Origin: Desulfomicrobium sp.
Lineage (GTDB): Bacteria > Desulfobacterota > Desulfovibrionia > Desulfovibrionales > Desulfomicrobiaceae
Assembly (NCBI GenBank): GCA_040768745.1
Contig: JAXGMI010000001.1
Coordinates: forward strand, 1,536,001 to 1,600,000
DNA: 64,000 bases
Direction: 5' to 3'
Positions 1 through 9,880 of the stretch are shown here, in pieces; positions within the stretch are counted from its first letter, which is position 1, and each line of letters begins with the position of its first letter. Under the pieces are notes generated by a model. It was not told where the DNA came from. It saw nothing but the letters and a program-made list of their open reading frames with translations, and did no database searches. The position numbers and the translations under genes were made by a program.

Positions 1-206
1 CGGATGGCGTCCTCGGCGCGGCGGTCAATGTCCGTGGTCACGTCGCCGGGGCTTTTGGTCCTGACCATGTCTCCCGTGAGTTCGGCCCGGCCCCGCACCA
101 GGATCGCGCAGGCTTCGCGCGCCGCGTCGAGGCAGGCCGCGAGGGCCGCGTCCAGATCGATCAACTCATCACTGCGTTTCGGGTCGGCGTTCATCTCGGC
201 GGCCAT
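1..206 (-). CDS. Inositol monophosphatase family protein, N-terminal part (runs off the window)
   Basis: Manual translation from ATG 206: MAAEMNADPKRSDELIDLDAALAACLDAAREACAILVRGRAELTGDMVRTKSPGDVTTDIDRRAEDAI. The K-x3-D-x-x-T-x-x-D-x3-E pattern is SuhB/IMPase-like. Starts right after the pyc stop. Confidence 0.75.
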   Translation of the reverse strand, partial: MAAEMNADPKRSDELIDLDAALAACLDAAREACAILVRGRAELTGDMVRTKSPGDVTTDIDRRAEDAI

Positions 207-207
207 G

Positions 208-3200
208 CTACACCTTCTGCCCGCACGCCGGGCAGAACCTGAAGTCGTCCCTGGTCACCGGCGCGGAGCAGGTCGGGCATTTGCGCGGCGCGGGCACGAG
301 CACGACCAGGAGTTCGCCTTCCTTGACCGGGACCATCTTCTTGTCCTCCTGGTAGTCGGCGAATTTGAGCACCCGCTCGACCATGCCGTCCACAGGGGCC
401 AGCACGGACTTTTCCTGCTTCATGATGGAGATGTTGAAGAGCTCCTCGCCCTTCCTGACCATGTCCCCGGGCTTGACATGCACGACCCACAGGTCCCCGC
501 TGGAAGGCGAGCCGACCTGGTACGGATCCCTCGTGTCGGCCATCTCCACGCCTGTCTCCGCATGTCCGGCCGCTTCGGCCACCTTGACCTGTTGACTGAA
601 GGATTCGGAGTCGAGGGTGTAGGAGACGAGGCTCATGCCGTGGTCGTCGGGCCGGGAGACGTGCTTCATGCTCAGCACGTGGTGCTTGCCTTTGCTGTCC
701 TTGAACATGATCTCGTCACCGGCCTTCAGACCCTCGAACCAGACATGCAGGGGCAGGCGGTTGCAGTCGCCATACCGGGCCACGAACTTGATGGTATTGA
801 GCGCATCGCCAGGGTGACTCAGGTACATGAGGAATTCCTCTTCCGTGGGCGTGCGGCCGATGTGCTCGGCCAGGCTCTGCTGCTCCTTGGCCACGTTCAC
901 CTCCGGCAGCGTCGCCAGGGGCGACGACTCGGTGCGGCGGGCAATGGCGGCCTTGTACTCCGGGCCGAAGGCCGATTCGTAGACCCATTCCGGCGGGAAA
1001 CCCAGGGGCAGGCGGCCAAACTTCCCCAGGAGGAGGTTGCGGAAGGCGTCGTTGGCATCCTGATAGATCTCCAGGCGCGCGGCCCGGATCTCGTCGGTCA
1101 GACTCGCTTCGGGCAAGGTGACGACCTGATCCAGGACGGACAGGAGCTTGCGCAGCCCACGCCGCCCGCCGCGCTTGTAGGCGCCGGTCACGGCCAGGAA
1201 GGCCGTGTTCCAAGTGATCTGCGAGCCCGGCGTGACGTCGTGGTAGCGCACGATCTTGCGGATGCCGGCCAGGAACTTGAGCATGTACGGCAAGAGGTGG
1301 ATGTAGCCCTGCTTCATGGCCCCTTCCTGGGACGAGGAGGTCGCGCCGCCGGGCATGCCGTGCTCGATGACGTCGTAGTCGATGCCCTGGAAGTAGGGGG
1401 CCGTGTAGCGGTCGTAGTAGGGCATGATCTGCTTCAGCACGAAGCCCGTGGTGCGGATCATGTCCTTGTTCAGGTTGGTCTTCAGGCCCAGTTCCTCGAT
1501 GTAGGCCGCCGTGGAGAGCACCTCGCCCTGGCCGTACCAGCGCACCGAGGCGCCGATGGCCGTGTCCACGATGTGCGCGCCGGCCTTGGCCGCCGCAGCC
1601 ACGGCGGGAACAAAGAGGCCGTCGGTGTAGTGGCGGTGATAGTGCAGGATCAGGTCGGGGTGGGCCTGGCGGATGGCCGTGACCAGTTCGGTCATGAAGA
1701 TCGGCGGGCATGACCCGGCCATGTCCTTGAGGCCCAGGATGAACGTCTTTTCCGCCGCGTCCTTGGAGCAGCCCAGGACCTGGGCGTTCATGTCTATGAT
1801 CTCCTGCACCACGCCGAGGTAGTGCGGCACGTCGAAGCCCTTGGCGAAGGACAGGGAGATGGCCGGTTCCCAGATGTTTTTGCTTGAAGCCAGGGCCATC
1901 TCGGCGAAGGGGCGCATGTTTTCGATGTGGTTCAGGAAATCGAAACAGCGCAACACGTCGTAGTGCTCGCAGATCATCTTGCCGGCGCGGCGCATGATGT
2001 TGCGCGGCAGGGGCTTGTAGCCGAGCACGTTGGTGGAACGGATGAGCAGCTGCTTCAGGGTCTTGGGCGCGAACTCGTTCCACTCGCGGGCTTCGGAGAA
2101 GGGGTAGGTCATGTTCGCGAGCATCGCCACGTGGAAATGCGCCCCGCCGCCGTTCTCCAGGGAGAAGAAGCCGCAGTTGTCCAGATAGGGGCCGATGATG
2201 CGGTCTTCGGCCAGCCGGAAACGGTTGCCCGAGTTGGACTGCGTGATGTCGCGGGCGGTGGTGTCCGTGAAATGGACGTGGCCGGAATCGCGAACGTACG
2301 ACAGGATCGCGTCGCGGTCGCCGCGCGGGTACGGGTAGTGGTAGTACTCGGGCTCGATGGCCGGCAGGGAAGGCTTGAAGGCGTCCATGCGCTTGCCTTC
2401 CCGCGTGCGGTACTCGCCGAGCTTGACGTGCGGGTTGTAGCCGTGGGCCGAGATCTCGGCCACCAGGCGCGACAGGCGCACCGCCTCGGACTCCTTGTCC
2501 ATGTAGTTCATGAGCTCCGGCGCGCTGGCCACGAACTTGGTGTCGTAGTCGCCGCTGCGGAAGCGCGGGTGGGCGATGATCTGCCGGTGGAACAGGATGG
2601 TCGTCTTGATGCCCCCGATGATGTATTCGCCCAAGGCCCGCTCCATGATGCCCAGGACCTTGTTCCACTGCGGGCCGTAGGCGATGAGCAGCGACGCTGC
2701 CGAGTCATACTGGGCCGGGAACTCGTAGCCGGCGCACACGCACGAGTCCACCCGCACGCCGGGTCCCCCCGGCGACATGTAGCGCGTGATGCGGCCCGCA
2801 TTGGGCGCGAAATTGTGCTGCGGGTCCTCGCAATTGACCCGGACCTGGATGGCGTGGCTCTTGGGCGTGCAGTTCTCGTCGGAGAGGCGCAGCTCGGCCC
2901 CGAAGGCCACGGCGATCTGTTCCTCCACCAGGTCGATGCCGTAGCGGCACTCGGTGATGCCATGTTCGACCTGCAGGCGGGTGTTGACCTCGATGAGGTA
3001 TGCCTCGCCCTTGGAATCCACGAGAAACTCCACCGTGCACAGGGAGTGGTAGCCCACGGCCTGCACCAGCTGGCGCGAGTAGGCCTTGAGCTGGTCGCGC
3101 AGCTCCTGGGTCATGCCCGTCCACGGGGACGGCGTGATCTCCACCAGCTTCTGGTGGTTACGCTGCACCGTGCAGTCGCGCTCGTCGAAGGCGAAGACGT

Positions 3201-3897
3201 TGCCGTACTTGTCGGCGATGACCTGGATCTCGATGTGCCGCACGGAGGTCAGCAGCCGTTCGACGTAGAGACGCGGATTGCCGAAGGACGCCTGGGCCAG
3301 GGTCGAGGCCTTGACGAAGGCGTCGGCCAGCTGGTCCTGGCTGAAAACTTCATAGATGCCGCGGCCACCCCCGCCGCCCTCGGCCTTGAGCATGACCGGC
3401 AGACCGATCTCCACCGCCACCTGCCTGGCCTCTTCCACGGACACGGCCCCTTCGGAACCCGGCACCACCGGAATGCCCAGCTTCTGGGCCAGGGTGCGGA
3501 CCTGCACCTTGTTGCCCAGCAGGCGCATGGCCTCGGACGTGGGGCCGATGAAGAGAATGCCGGCTTCGGCGCATTTGGACGGGAAGGAGTCATCCTCGGA
3601 GGCGAAGCCCCAGCCGGGGTGGATGGCCGCCACGCCTCTGGCCTTGGCCATGGCGATGATCTTGTCGATGTCGAGATAGGCCCGCGGGTTCTCCCCGAGA
3701 TGCAGAAGTTCCTGTGCACCGGCGGTGAAGGGCGCGGTCTTGTCCACGTCCGTGGCCGTGATCATGGGCACGGCCTGGAACACCTCCTTGATGGAACGGA
3801 CTATCCGTCTGGCCGGGATGCCGCGGTTGGCGACAAGGATCCTCTTGCCCCGGATGTCCCGGGACACTTCTTCAAAACTGCGGGGATTCTGATACAT
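208..3897 (-). CDS. pyc: Pyruvate carboxylase (BC, CT and biotin carrier domains, plus C-terminal double Zn-ribbon)
   Basis: 1229 aa. ILVANRG, HPGWGFASE, GGGGRG and RLQVEH (biotin carboxylase); RDITQS and LKDMAG (carboxyltransferase); IMKQE biotinylation site. Confidence 0.96.
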   Translation of the reverse strand: MYQNPRSFEEVSRDIRGKRILVANRGIPARRIVRSIKEVFQAVPMITATDVDKTAPFTAGAQELLHLGENPRAYLDIDKIIAMAKARGVAAIHPGWGFASEDDSFPSKCAEAGILFIGPTSEAMRLLGNKVQVRTLAQKLGIPVVPGSEGAVSVEEARQVAVEIGLPVMLKAEGGGGGRGIYEVFSQDQLADAFVKASTLAQASFGNPRLYVERLLTSVRHIEIQVIADKYGNVFAFDERDCTVQRNHQKLVEITPSPWTGMTQELRDQLKAYSRQLVQAVGYHSLCTVEFLVDSKGEAYLIEVNTRLQVEHGITECRYGIDLVEEQIAVAFGAELRLSDENCTPKSHAIQVRVNCEDPQHNFAPNAGRITRYMSPGGPGVRVDSCVCAGYEFPAQYDSAASLLIAYGPQWNKVLGIMERALGEYIIGGIKTTILFHRQIIAHPRFRSGDYDTKFVASAPELMNYMDKESEAVRLSRLVAEISAHGYNPHVKLGEYRTREGKRMDAFKPSLPAIEPEYYHYPYPRGDRDAILSYVRDSGHVHFTDTTARDITQSNSGNRFRLAEDRIIGPYLDNCGFFSLENGGGAHFHVAMLANMTYPFSEAREWNEFAPKTLKQLLIRSTNVLGYKPLPRNIMRRAGKMICEHYDVLRCFDFLNHIENMRPFAEMALASSKNIWEPAISLSFAKGFDVPHYLGVVQEIIDMNAQVLGCSKDAAEKTFILGLKDMAGSCPPIFMTELVTAIRQAHPDLILHYHRHYTDGLFVPAVAAAAKAGAHIVDTAIGASVRWYGQGEVLSTAAYIEELGLKTNLNKDMIRTTGFVLKQIMPYYDRYTAPYFQGIDYDVIEHGMPGGATSSSQEGAMKQGYIHLLPYMLKFLAGIRKIVRYHDVTPGSQITWNTAFLAVTGAYKRGGRRGLRKLLSVLDQVVTLPEASLTDEIRAARLEIYQDANDAFRNLLLGKFGRLPLGFPPEWVYESAFGPEYKAAIARRTESSPLATLPEVNVAKEQQSLAEHIGRTPTEEEFLMYLSHPGDALNTIKFVARYGDCNRLPLHVWFEGLKAGDEIMFKDSKGKHHVLSMKHVSRPDDHGMSLVSYTLDSESFSQQVKVAEAAGHAETGVEMADTRDPYQVGSPSSGDLWVVHVKPGDMVRKGEELFNISIMKQEKSVLAPVDGMVERVLKFADYQEDKKMVPVKEGELLVVLVPAPRKCPTCSAPVTRDDFRFCPACGQKV

Positions 3898-3987
3898 ATG
3901 ACACCACTTTGAGGTTGATCACGCAACAATATTTTGGAGGTTTAATCCAAATGCGTTGATTTTGTTAATTTAATAAATGCAATATAC

Positions 3988-4176
3988 GATCTCACTGCAA
4001 AAAATCGTCATTCCTTTGGAGAAGGGAATACCATTATGCTTTTTCAACTGTCTGAAAAGAGTGTCATTCACCCTCTCGGACAAAGCCCGTCTCCCCTGAC
4101 TGGCACACGTTCGCGGGCTTGTGCCCGACAGGATGAATGACACTCAGCCTTGTTTGCGACTTTTTGCAGTAACGTC
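3988..4176. repeat. REP/MITE-like nested palindromic element
   Basis: Imperfect 20-bp terminal inverted repeats (GATCTCACTGCAAAAAATCG 3988-4007 and CGACTTTTTGCAGTAACGTC 4157-4176). Internal hairpins at 4010-4029 and 4059-4145 (GAGTGTCATTCA...TGAATGACACTC). Confidence 0.6.
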
Positions 4177-4180
4177 AAAT

Positions 4181-4214
4181 AGGCTATGCTCCGAATATAT
4201 TCGGAGCATAGCCT
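4181..4214. terminator. Perfect 34-bp palindrome, probable terminator of the Ldh_2 gene
   Basis: AGGCTATGCTCCGAATA|TATTCGGAGCATAGCCT, about 70 bp downstream of the stop at 4283. Confidence 0.55.
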
Positions 4215-4282
4215 TGCAGATGTATCAATAATTACGTTTGAATTTTTGACCAGGAAAATAGCCGTAGATCTTGAAGGTCGAT

Positions 4283-5287
4283 TTAATATTTTCCGTCTGC
4301 CAAATTGTGTAATTTTTCATATAGACTATCAGGCAAATTCACACCTTGAATTCTGGACTTTGCCCTGGTTTCAAAGCGACGCACCCCCGGAATACGCGTG
4401 CCAGGTTGTTTCAAGATGAAGGTGCACAAAGCTTGAACCTGGTTTGCAAAAGACGCATTAAGACGCTGCACATCCAGAAGGAAAAAAGTCTGCCCTATTC
4501 CCGGAGCTGGGCCATCCGGATCAAAAAAGGAGCTGGCCTCATAACCGTAATTGGCGCCGTTGACCGTCGCAGCCAAAATTTCCACCATCATGGCCAATGC
4601 TGCGCCCTTAGCGTCTCCCATGGGTATCATAGATCCCTTGAGGGCGGCTTCTGGATCGGTGGTTGGTTTACCATCGGCGTCTACGGCCCAACCTTCGGGA
4701 ATGGACGTTTCACCCTTTTCTTTGGCGTTGACAATTTGTCCCCGCGCCACCTTGCTCAGCGCCATATCCACTACCAGGGGGTCAAAACTGCCTCGAGGAC
4801 AACCAAAGGCGATGGGATTCGTGCCAAACGTGGCCTTGTTTCCTTTCCAAGGCATCATGGCCGCCGGGGAATTCGTGAAGGCGAGCGCCAGAAGACCTTC
4901 ACGAGCCATGCTTTCCACCCAGTGTCCCATGCAGCCGCTGTGATGTGAACGCGTGACACCCAGCAGGGCCAGACCGTTAATCCTGGCAACAGTCAAGGTT
5001 TTTTGCAGGCCCTGCGCAATGGCCGGGAAGGCTAGTCCATGGCAAGCATCCACCCGCACCAGGGCCGGAGCGGGTTGGCTGACAACCGGAACGGCTTTGC
5101 TGTTTACTTTTCCAGAGCGTATTTGGTCAATATAGAACGGAACGCGCGAAAAACCATGTGAGGGAATGCCATCCAATTCAGCAAGTACCAAGGGATTAAC
5201 AACGTCGCGGGCCACGAAGTCCGCTAGGCCTGCGACAATAAAGATCTTGAAGCCCAGCTCACGCAACGCACATTCTTGTATAATCAT
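4283..5287 (-). CDS. Ldh_2 family (malate/L-sulfolactate dehydrogenase, ComC-like) oxidoreductase
   Basis: AELDGIPSHG, SHHSG, GTNPIAF, DMALSKVARG and KGAALAMMVEIL motifs. Confidence 0.88.
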   Translation of the reverse strand: MIIQECALRELGFKIFIVAGLADFVARDVVNPLVLAELDGIPSHGFSRVPFYIDQIRSGKVNSKAVPVVSQPAPALVRVDACHGLAFPAIAQGLQKTLTVARINGLALLGVTRSHHSGCMGHWVESMAREGLLALAFTNSPAAMMPWKGNKATFGTNPIAFGCPRGSFDPLVVDMALSKVARGQIVNAKEKGETSIPEGWAVDADGKPTTDPEAALKGSMIPMGDAKGAALAMMVEILAATVNGANYGYEASSFFDPDGPAPGIGQTFFLLDVQRLNASFANQVQALCTFILKQPGTRIPGVRRFETRAKSRIQGVNLPDSLYEKLHNLADGKY

Positions 5288-5485
5288 ACGCCATCCTAAG
5301 CATTTATTGTCTCAGCAAAATTACTCGGCGTTAATCTGTGCCGAAAAAAATCTCAACAGTTTCGCATTTCATTCTAAAAAAAACTTAAAAGATTTGTAAA
5401 AATTCTGAACGATCAAATATCAAGACATCTTCACTGAAATTTGTCTTCTTTATAAAACTATCAAAATAATCAATCAAATGAAAAA

Positions 5486-5529
5486 TAAAATTGACCTAAT
5501 GGATTATATCTCCAAATAGGTCAATTTTA
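5486..5529. terminator. 13-bp inverted repeat hairpin (possibly the original tctA terminator)
   Basis: TAAAATTGACCTA...TAGGTCAATTTTA. Confidence 0.4.
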
Positions 5530-5695
5530 ATACGATTCATAAAACAAAATATAAAGTTGTAAAATGATTCCATAATTAACTAGATAAATTCTATTCCAAA
5601 GAAGTCGATTACTCCTTATTAAAGGGTAAATTTAAAGTTAATACAAGTCAAAAAGCTGTATCGGTCTACGGTTTTTTGGACACGTTTTTGGTTAA

Positions 5696-6586
5696 TCAAG
5701 CCGCAACGTTCACGGCCTCTTTCTGGATGGCCCGCACCGCTGCCGGAGTCTTGTAGCCGTGGCGTCCAATGATCCATTCCCGGTTGTACGTCTCCTTGAA
5801 CTCCAAGAGGGCAAGTCGGAGTTCCTCGACCGTATCGAACCGCCGGACCCAGAGCAGGTTTTCCTTGAGCGTGCGCACGAACCTCTCGGCGATGCCGTTG
5901 CCTTGGGGTTCTCTGACGAAAGCAGGCGAACTCCGGATGCCCAGGAAGGAAACCTCCTCTTGAAACACACTGGAAACGTACTGGCTACCATTGTCATGTC
6001 GCAGGGTCAGGCCCTCTGCCACGGCGGGTCCAAAGGCTCCAAAGCTGTGGCGCACACCTTGGCGAATCGGCTCCAGGGCTTCAAAGCGCGTCCCGTACTT
6101 AGCGGCGTGGATGCCGACACACTCCAGAGAGCAGTGGTCCACGGCCAGGAAGATCGAAGCGTTGCCTTCCTGCATGGTCATCGTCGTGGTCATGTCCGTG
6201 CCCCACATCTCGTCCACCCGGGCAGTCTTGATCGTCCCGTCATGCGCCTTGGGGCCATGCGGCCTGCCGGGCTTGCGCACTGCGAGCAGGTTGTTCTCTC
6301 TCATGATCCGAAGCGTTCGCAGGGGGGACGTTCTGATGCCCTCAAAACGCAACCTGGCCCACACTTTCCGATAGCCTTCACCAGTAAAAGGGGAGTTCTG
6401 GATGCATGCCACGATGTGCCCGAACAACTCCCCATCACTGTGGAAGCCAATAGGGCCTCGGCGGCTTGGTGTGCCCTCATTCGCAACCTTGCGTGCATAA
6501 TGCGTGGACCTGGGGAGATTCCAGACCCGGCAAACCAGCACCAGCCCATACGTCTGACCAGTGGAGGGCGAGGTGGACCGGCTCAT
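5696..6586 (-). CDS. Transposase OrfB (DDE integrase core)
   Basis: WGTDMT, RHDNGSQY and PQGNGIAERFVRTLKE motifs. Confidence 0.92.
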   Translation of the reverse strand: MSRSTSPSTGQTYGLVLVCRVWNLPRSTHYARKVANEGTPSRRGPIGFHSDGELFGHIVACIQNSPFTGEGYRKVWARLRFEGIRTSPLRTLRIMRENNLLAVRKPGRPHGPKAHDGTIKTARVDEMWGTDMTTTMTMQEGNASIFLAVDHCSLECVGIHAAKYGTRFEALEPIRQGVRHSFGAFGPAVAEGLTLRHDNGSQYVSSVFQEEVSFLGIRSSPAFVREPQGNGIAERFVRTLKENLLWVRRFDTVEELRLALLEFKETYNREWIIGRHGYKTPAAVRAIQKEAVNVAA

Positions 6587-6972
6587 TTCCTCGACCTCCG
6601 CAACCCCAAAGGGTCTTTTGCCTCCATCATTCGGATCTTCTCGCGGAGCAGTTCTATCTCCATGGTCTGCTCGCCGATTTTCTCATTGAGGCGCTTGTAT
6701 TCGGCCTCCTCCGCCGGAGAGCGTTTTTTGAGACTATCCGCGCCACCGGCCAGAAAGGCATCTCTCCATTGTGAGAGCGTGGCAGCCGTCACGCCGAGTT
6801 CCCGACTGAGCGTTTCGATGTCTTCACCACGCAGAAGCCGGAGGACGGCCTCGGTCTTGTGCTGTGCCCAGAATCGCTTGGGAGTTGCCTTCGTCTCCCC
6901 GGTTCCAGTCGGCCTACGGCCTCCCTCCACCGGGGAGACGGCTGAAATATCCTTGTCGCTTTGTTTGCTCAT
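6583..6972 (-). CDS. Transposase OrfA (HTH)
   Basis: KTEAVLRLLRGEDIETLSRELGVTAATLSQWR helix-turn-helix. Overlaps OrfB by ATGA. Confidence 0.9.
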   Translation of the reverse strand: MSKQSDKDISAVSPVEGGRRPTGTGETKATPKRFWAQHKTEAVLRLLRGEDIETLSRELGVTAATLSQWRDAFLAGGADSLKKRSPAEEAEYKRLNEKIGEQTMEIELLREKIRMMEAKDPLGLRRSRK

Positions 6973-7097
6973 GAATCACCTCATGGGGAGTCTCTCTACT
7001 CCCAATTTGGTGTCCAAGAAAACCCTATCCCAGAGGAAAGCGTTATAAGGATTGAGCTTAAAAAAAATTGATTCTCCAAAAGCGCACCCACTATCTG

Positions 7098-7843
7098 CTA
7101 TCCTTCTTGAGGTAGAGCTTTGTGTTTATAATTCATGTATATTGTGTATGCAATTGACGCAATCGCCAAAATAAAGAAAATCCATGAAATGATCGACTGG
7201 AAAAAAATGCTCAGTGATCCGTGAGAAATTAGAAGTGATCGTTGTAAATTATCTTCAAACAAAGGACCTAGAACAAAAGCCACAAGCAATGGAGCCTCAG
7301 GAAATTTTAAAACAGATAATATATACCCTAAAACACCCAAAAGTCCCATAACTACGACATCAAACATGCTGTTGTTAATAGAAAATGCCCCAAAACAGCA
7401 TATTAATAATATGGACGGAAATAAAATCTGTTTTGGAACAAGGGCTATTTTTGCGAAACTTTTAATGCAACCAATTCCTGTAACAAACATAAAAAGAGAG
7501 CTGATCATGATGCCGATGTATACTGCATATACTACAATGATATTTTCCTGAAAAAGCAAAGGTCCAGGCGTAAGATTATGCATCATGAACGCGCCTAGAA
7601 TCACAGCCGTGACCACATCGCCGGGAACACCAAGAGAAAGTAAAGGAATGAGTGTTGCGCCGGCGCATCCGTTATTGCCGGATTCTGCAGCGGCTATACC
7701 TTCAACTTCACCTTTGCCGAAATTGTCTTTCACGCGAGAAGACCGCTTGGCCTCGTTATACGACATGTAAGCGGCAGGCGCGCCTCCAATGCCAGGAATA
7801 GCGCCAAGAATGACGCCAATGATGCTGCCCCGAATGATGGTCT
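7098..7843 (-). pseudogene. tctA: TctA tripartite tricarboxylate transporter permease, C-terminal fragment truncated by IS1634
   Basis: GAIPGIGG, GIAAAESGNN and PLLSLGVPGD motifs. The 5' part is replaced by the IS end at 7844. Confidence 0.88.
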
Positions 7844-9719
7844 CCCAAGTTTGACAGCGGCCTGAGGCTAACATCTCGAAGTTATGACTTATATTGATTT
7901 TTGATATCCGATTTGTAGTACGTACAAAATAGACATAAACATTGCTATTCATGAATAATAATGCTACTCGTAGTTTATGTTTGTACGAATAGCCAAGCAG
8001 AAACGAGGCGACAAAGTCTACCGCCATCTTCAGATCGCGGAATCTTTCCGTGATCCCGAGAAAGGCGGATCTCCGCGCACACGCATCCTGGCTCATCTCG
8101 GCACTATCGAGAGTTTGGGCGAAGACCAGGTCGAGAGACTCATCGCTGGCTTCCAGAAAGCTCTCGGTCGAGACCCGGTTCAGACTGGACCGCCGCTCCT
8201 CACGTTTGCACGTGATTTCGGACATGTTCACGCGGTCAAACATCTCTGGGAAATCCTGGGACTCTCCAAAGCCCTGGCCCGTGCAGGAGTAAAGACCGGG
8301 GCCGGGATGGATTATGCTGAACTGATCAAGTTGCTGATCGTCAATCGACTCTGCGATCCGTGCTCCAAACTGGCGCTACTGGATTGGCTCGATGGCGTCT
8401 GGCTTTCTGGATTTGAGCAACACCGCCCGGCCTATCACCATCTCCTGCGCGCCATGGATAGATTGCTGGATGCGAAGGAAGCTTTGGAGCCCTTGATAGC
8501 CAAGCGCTTCATGCCCAAGGCGCATTGGGAAGGCGACCTGCTCTTCTATGACATCACTTCCACATGGTTCGACGGGGATCGATCGTTGGTGGAGGATGAC
8601 ATTCGGCGCTTCGGATACAGTCGCGATGGCCGGTTTGATCGGCGCCAAATCACCATCGGCGTGGTCATGGGCAAGGACGGCATACCGCTTTGCCACCATG
8701 TCTTTCCGGGGAACACCGTGGATAAGACCACTGTGGTTGAGGTGGTGAAGGATCTGAAGACTCGCTTCAAGCTACGCAGCGTGGTGTTTGTCGGGGACAG
8801 GGGAATGCTCTCGGACCAAAATCTCGAGACGTTGCTGGCCGAGGAATTCGGCTTCATCGTGGCGCATCCATTGCGTCGTGGAGAGGAGGCGCGGAGCGTG
8901 ATCGAGGCGTTGCGTCTTAAGATCTCGTTTAATGGGCAGGACGAGGAGATTGTCGAGGAAGTTCGCAGCGGGGTCCGGTTCGTTATGGCCTATTCTCCGA
9001 AGATCGCAGCCGAAACCAAGGCGAACCGCCAGGAGCGCCTTGCCAAGGCCGATGCCAAGATCCGGGAAATACTCGCCCCAAGGTCAGGCAAGGGACGCAA
9101 ACCAAGCCCACAGGGTCAATACGACCGCATCAGGGATTACCTGCGTGACAAGGGCTTGCTCTCATTGTTCCAAGTTGCGCTCACTCAGGATCAGGTCATC
9201 GTCAAGGCCCACAGGAAACGCAGGGCTTGGGAGGAAAAGATCGATGGCGTCTTGCTTCTCGAAACAACCGACATGGATGCACCATGCGCAGACATTATCA
9301 AACATTACAAAGAGCTTGCTGAAATTGAACGGGGATGGAGAGCGCTCAAAAGCACCTTGGAACTACGCCCTGTGTATCACTGGACTGAGGAGCGAATCAG
9401 GGCACATGTGTTTGTCTGCGTGATCGCATTGCAGTTAGAGCGCTGGATGCGCAACAAGCTCAAAGGAATGGCAGTGTCTGTGCCGACAGCCATCCGCCTT
9501 CTGCGTCAGATCAAGATGGGGGAGATCATGGTCGGAGAGGAGACGCTGATGACTCCTAGTCGCCCCACGGACGCGCAGAAAAAGATCCTGCGTGCTCTGG
9601 GAGTCCCGCCGATCCCGACCCGTGGAGAAAAAGGAAATGTAGTGTAAACTCCAACTAGCGCCGAAGCGATAATATCCTAATTTTAAACAAATAAGCTCGA
9701 TATTGCTGTCAAACTTGGG
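7844..9719 (+). mobile_element. IS1634 family insertion sequence
   Basis: Perfect 15-bp TIRs CCCAAGTTTGACAGC (7844-7858) and GCTGTCAAACTTGGG (9705-9719). No target-site duplication. Confidence 0.92.
7977..9647 (+). CDS. IS1634 family transposase
   Basis: YDITSTWF, FGYSRDGR, VGDRGM and IERGWRALKSTLELRPVYHW motifs. Confidence 0.93.
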   Translation: MFVRIAKQKRGDKVYRHLQIAESFRDPEKGGSPRTRILAHLGTIESLGEDQVERLIAGFQKALGRDPVQTGPPLLTFARDFGHVHAVKHLWEILGLSKALARAGVKTGAGMDYAELIKLLIVNRLCDPCSKLALLDWLDGVWLSGFEQHRPAYHHLLRAMDRLLDAKEALEPLIAKRFMPKAHWEGDLLFYDITSTWFDGDRSLVEDDIRRFGYSRDGRFDRRQITIGVVMGKDGIPLCHHVFPGNTVDKTTVVEVVKDLKTRFKLRSVVFVGDRGMLSDQNLETLLAEEFGFIVAHPLRRGEEARSVIEALRLKISFNGQDEEIVEEVRSGVRFVMAYSPKIAAETKANRQERLAKADAKIREILAPRSGKGRKPSPQGQYDRIRDYLRDKGLLSLFQVALTQDQVIVKAHRKRRAWEEKIDGVLLLETTDMDAPCADIIKHYKELAEIERGWRALKSTLELRPVYHWTEERIRAHVFVCVIALQLERWMRNKLKGMAVSVPTAIRLLRQIKMGEIMVGEETLMTPSRPTDAQKKILRALGVPPIPTRGEKGNVV

Positions 9720-9797
9720 TATTCCGCCATGTCGATGGACGAATTGCTTGAGCTGCCTCGCAAGAATCCCGTCAAAGGATTTATCGATGGCTTTTAA
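9720..9797 (+). pseudogene. 3' remnant of an upstream gene, probably the TRAP solute-binding protein DctP
   Basis: Reads YSAMSMDELLELPRKNPVKGFIDGF* directly after the IS TIR. Followed by a hairpin (9834-9863) and dctQM. Confidence 0.5.
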
Positions 9798-9880
9798 ATA
9801 GGACTAGTGAATATTAGCTAGCACTTAGTAATTTGGTTTGCCCGACTTTTGTCGGGCAAACTAGTTTTAGGAGTTATTTA

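Larger units (their letters stand above)
5657..7047 (-). mobile_element. IS3-family-like insertion sequence (two ORFs)
   Basis: Imperfect IRs TGTATCGGTCTACGGTTTTTTGGACAC (5657-5683) and GTGTCCAAGAAAACCCTATCCC... (from 7010). The far end is either 7036 (then AAAGC flanks both sides) or 7047. Confidence 0.85.

Noticed and set aside
4..3912. Long plus-strand ORFs (569 and 661 aa) opposite pyc, and similar shadow ORFs elsewhere (e.g. 26538-29039, 17669-19201)
   Set aside because: Antisense or alternative-frame shadows of high-GC genes, with no motifs.
7098..8243. 381-aa ORF as an intact novel membrane protein
   Set aside because: It is a chimera: the N-terminus is antisense IS1634 sequence read into the truncated tctA.
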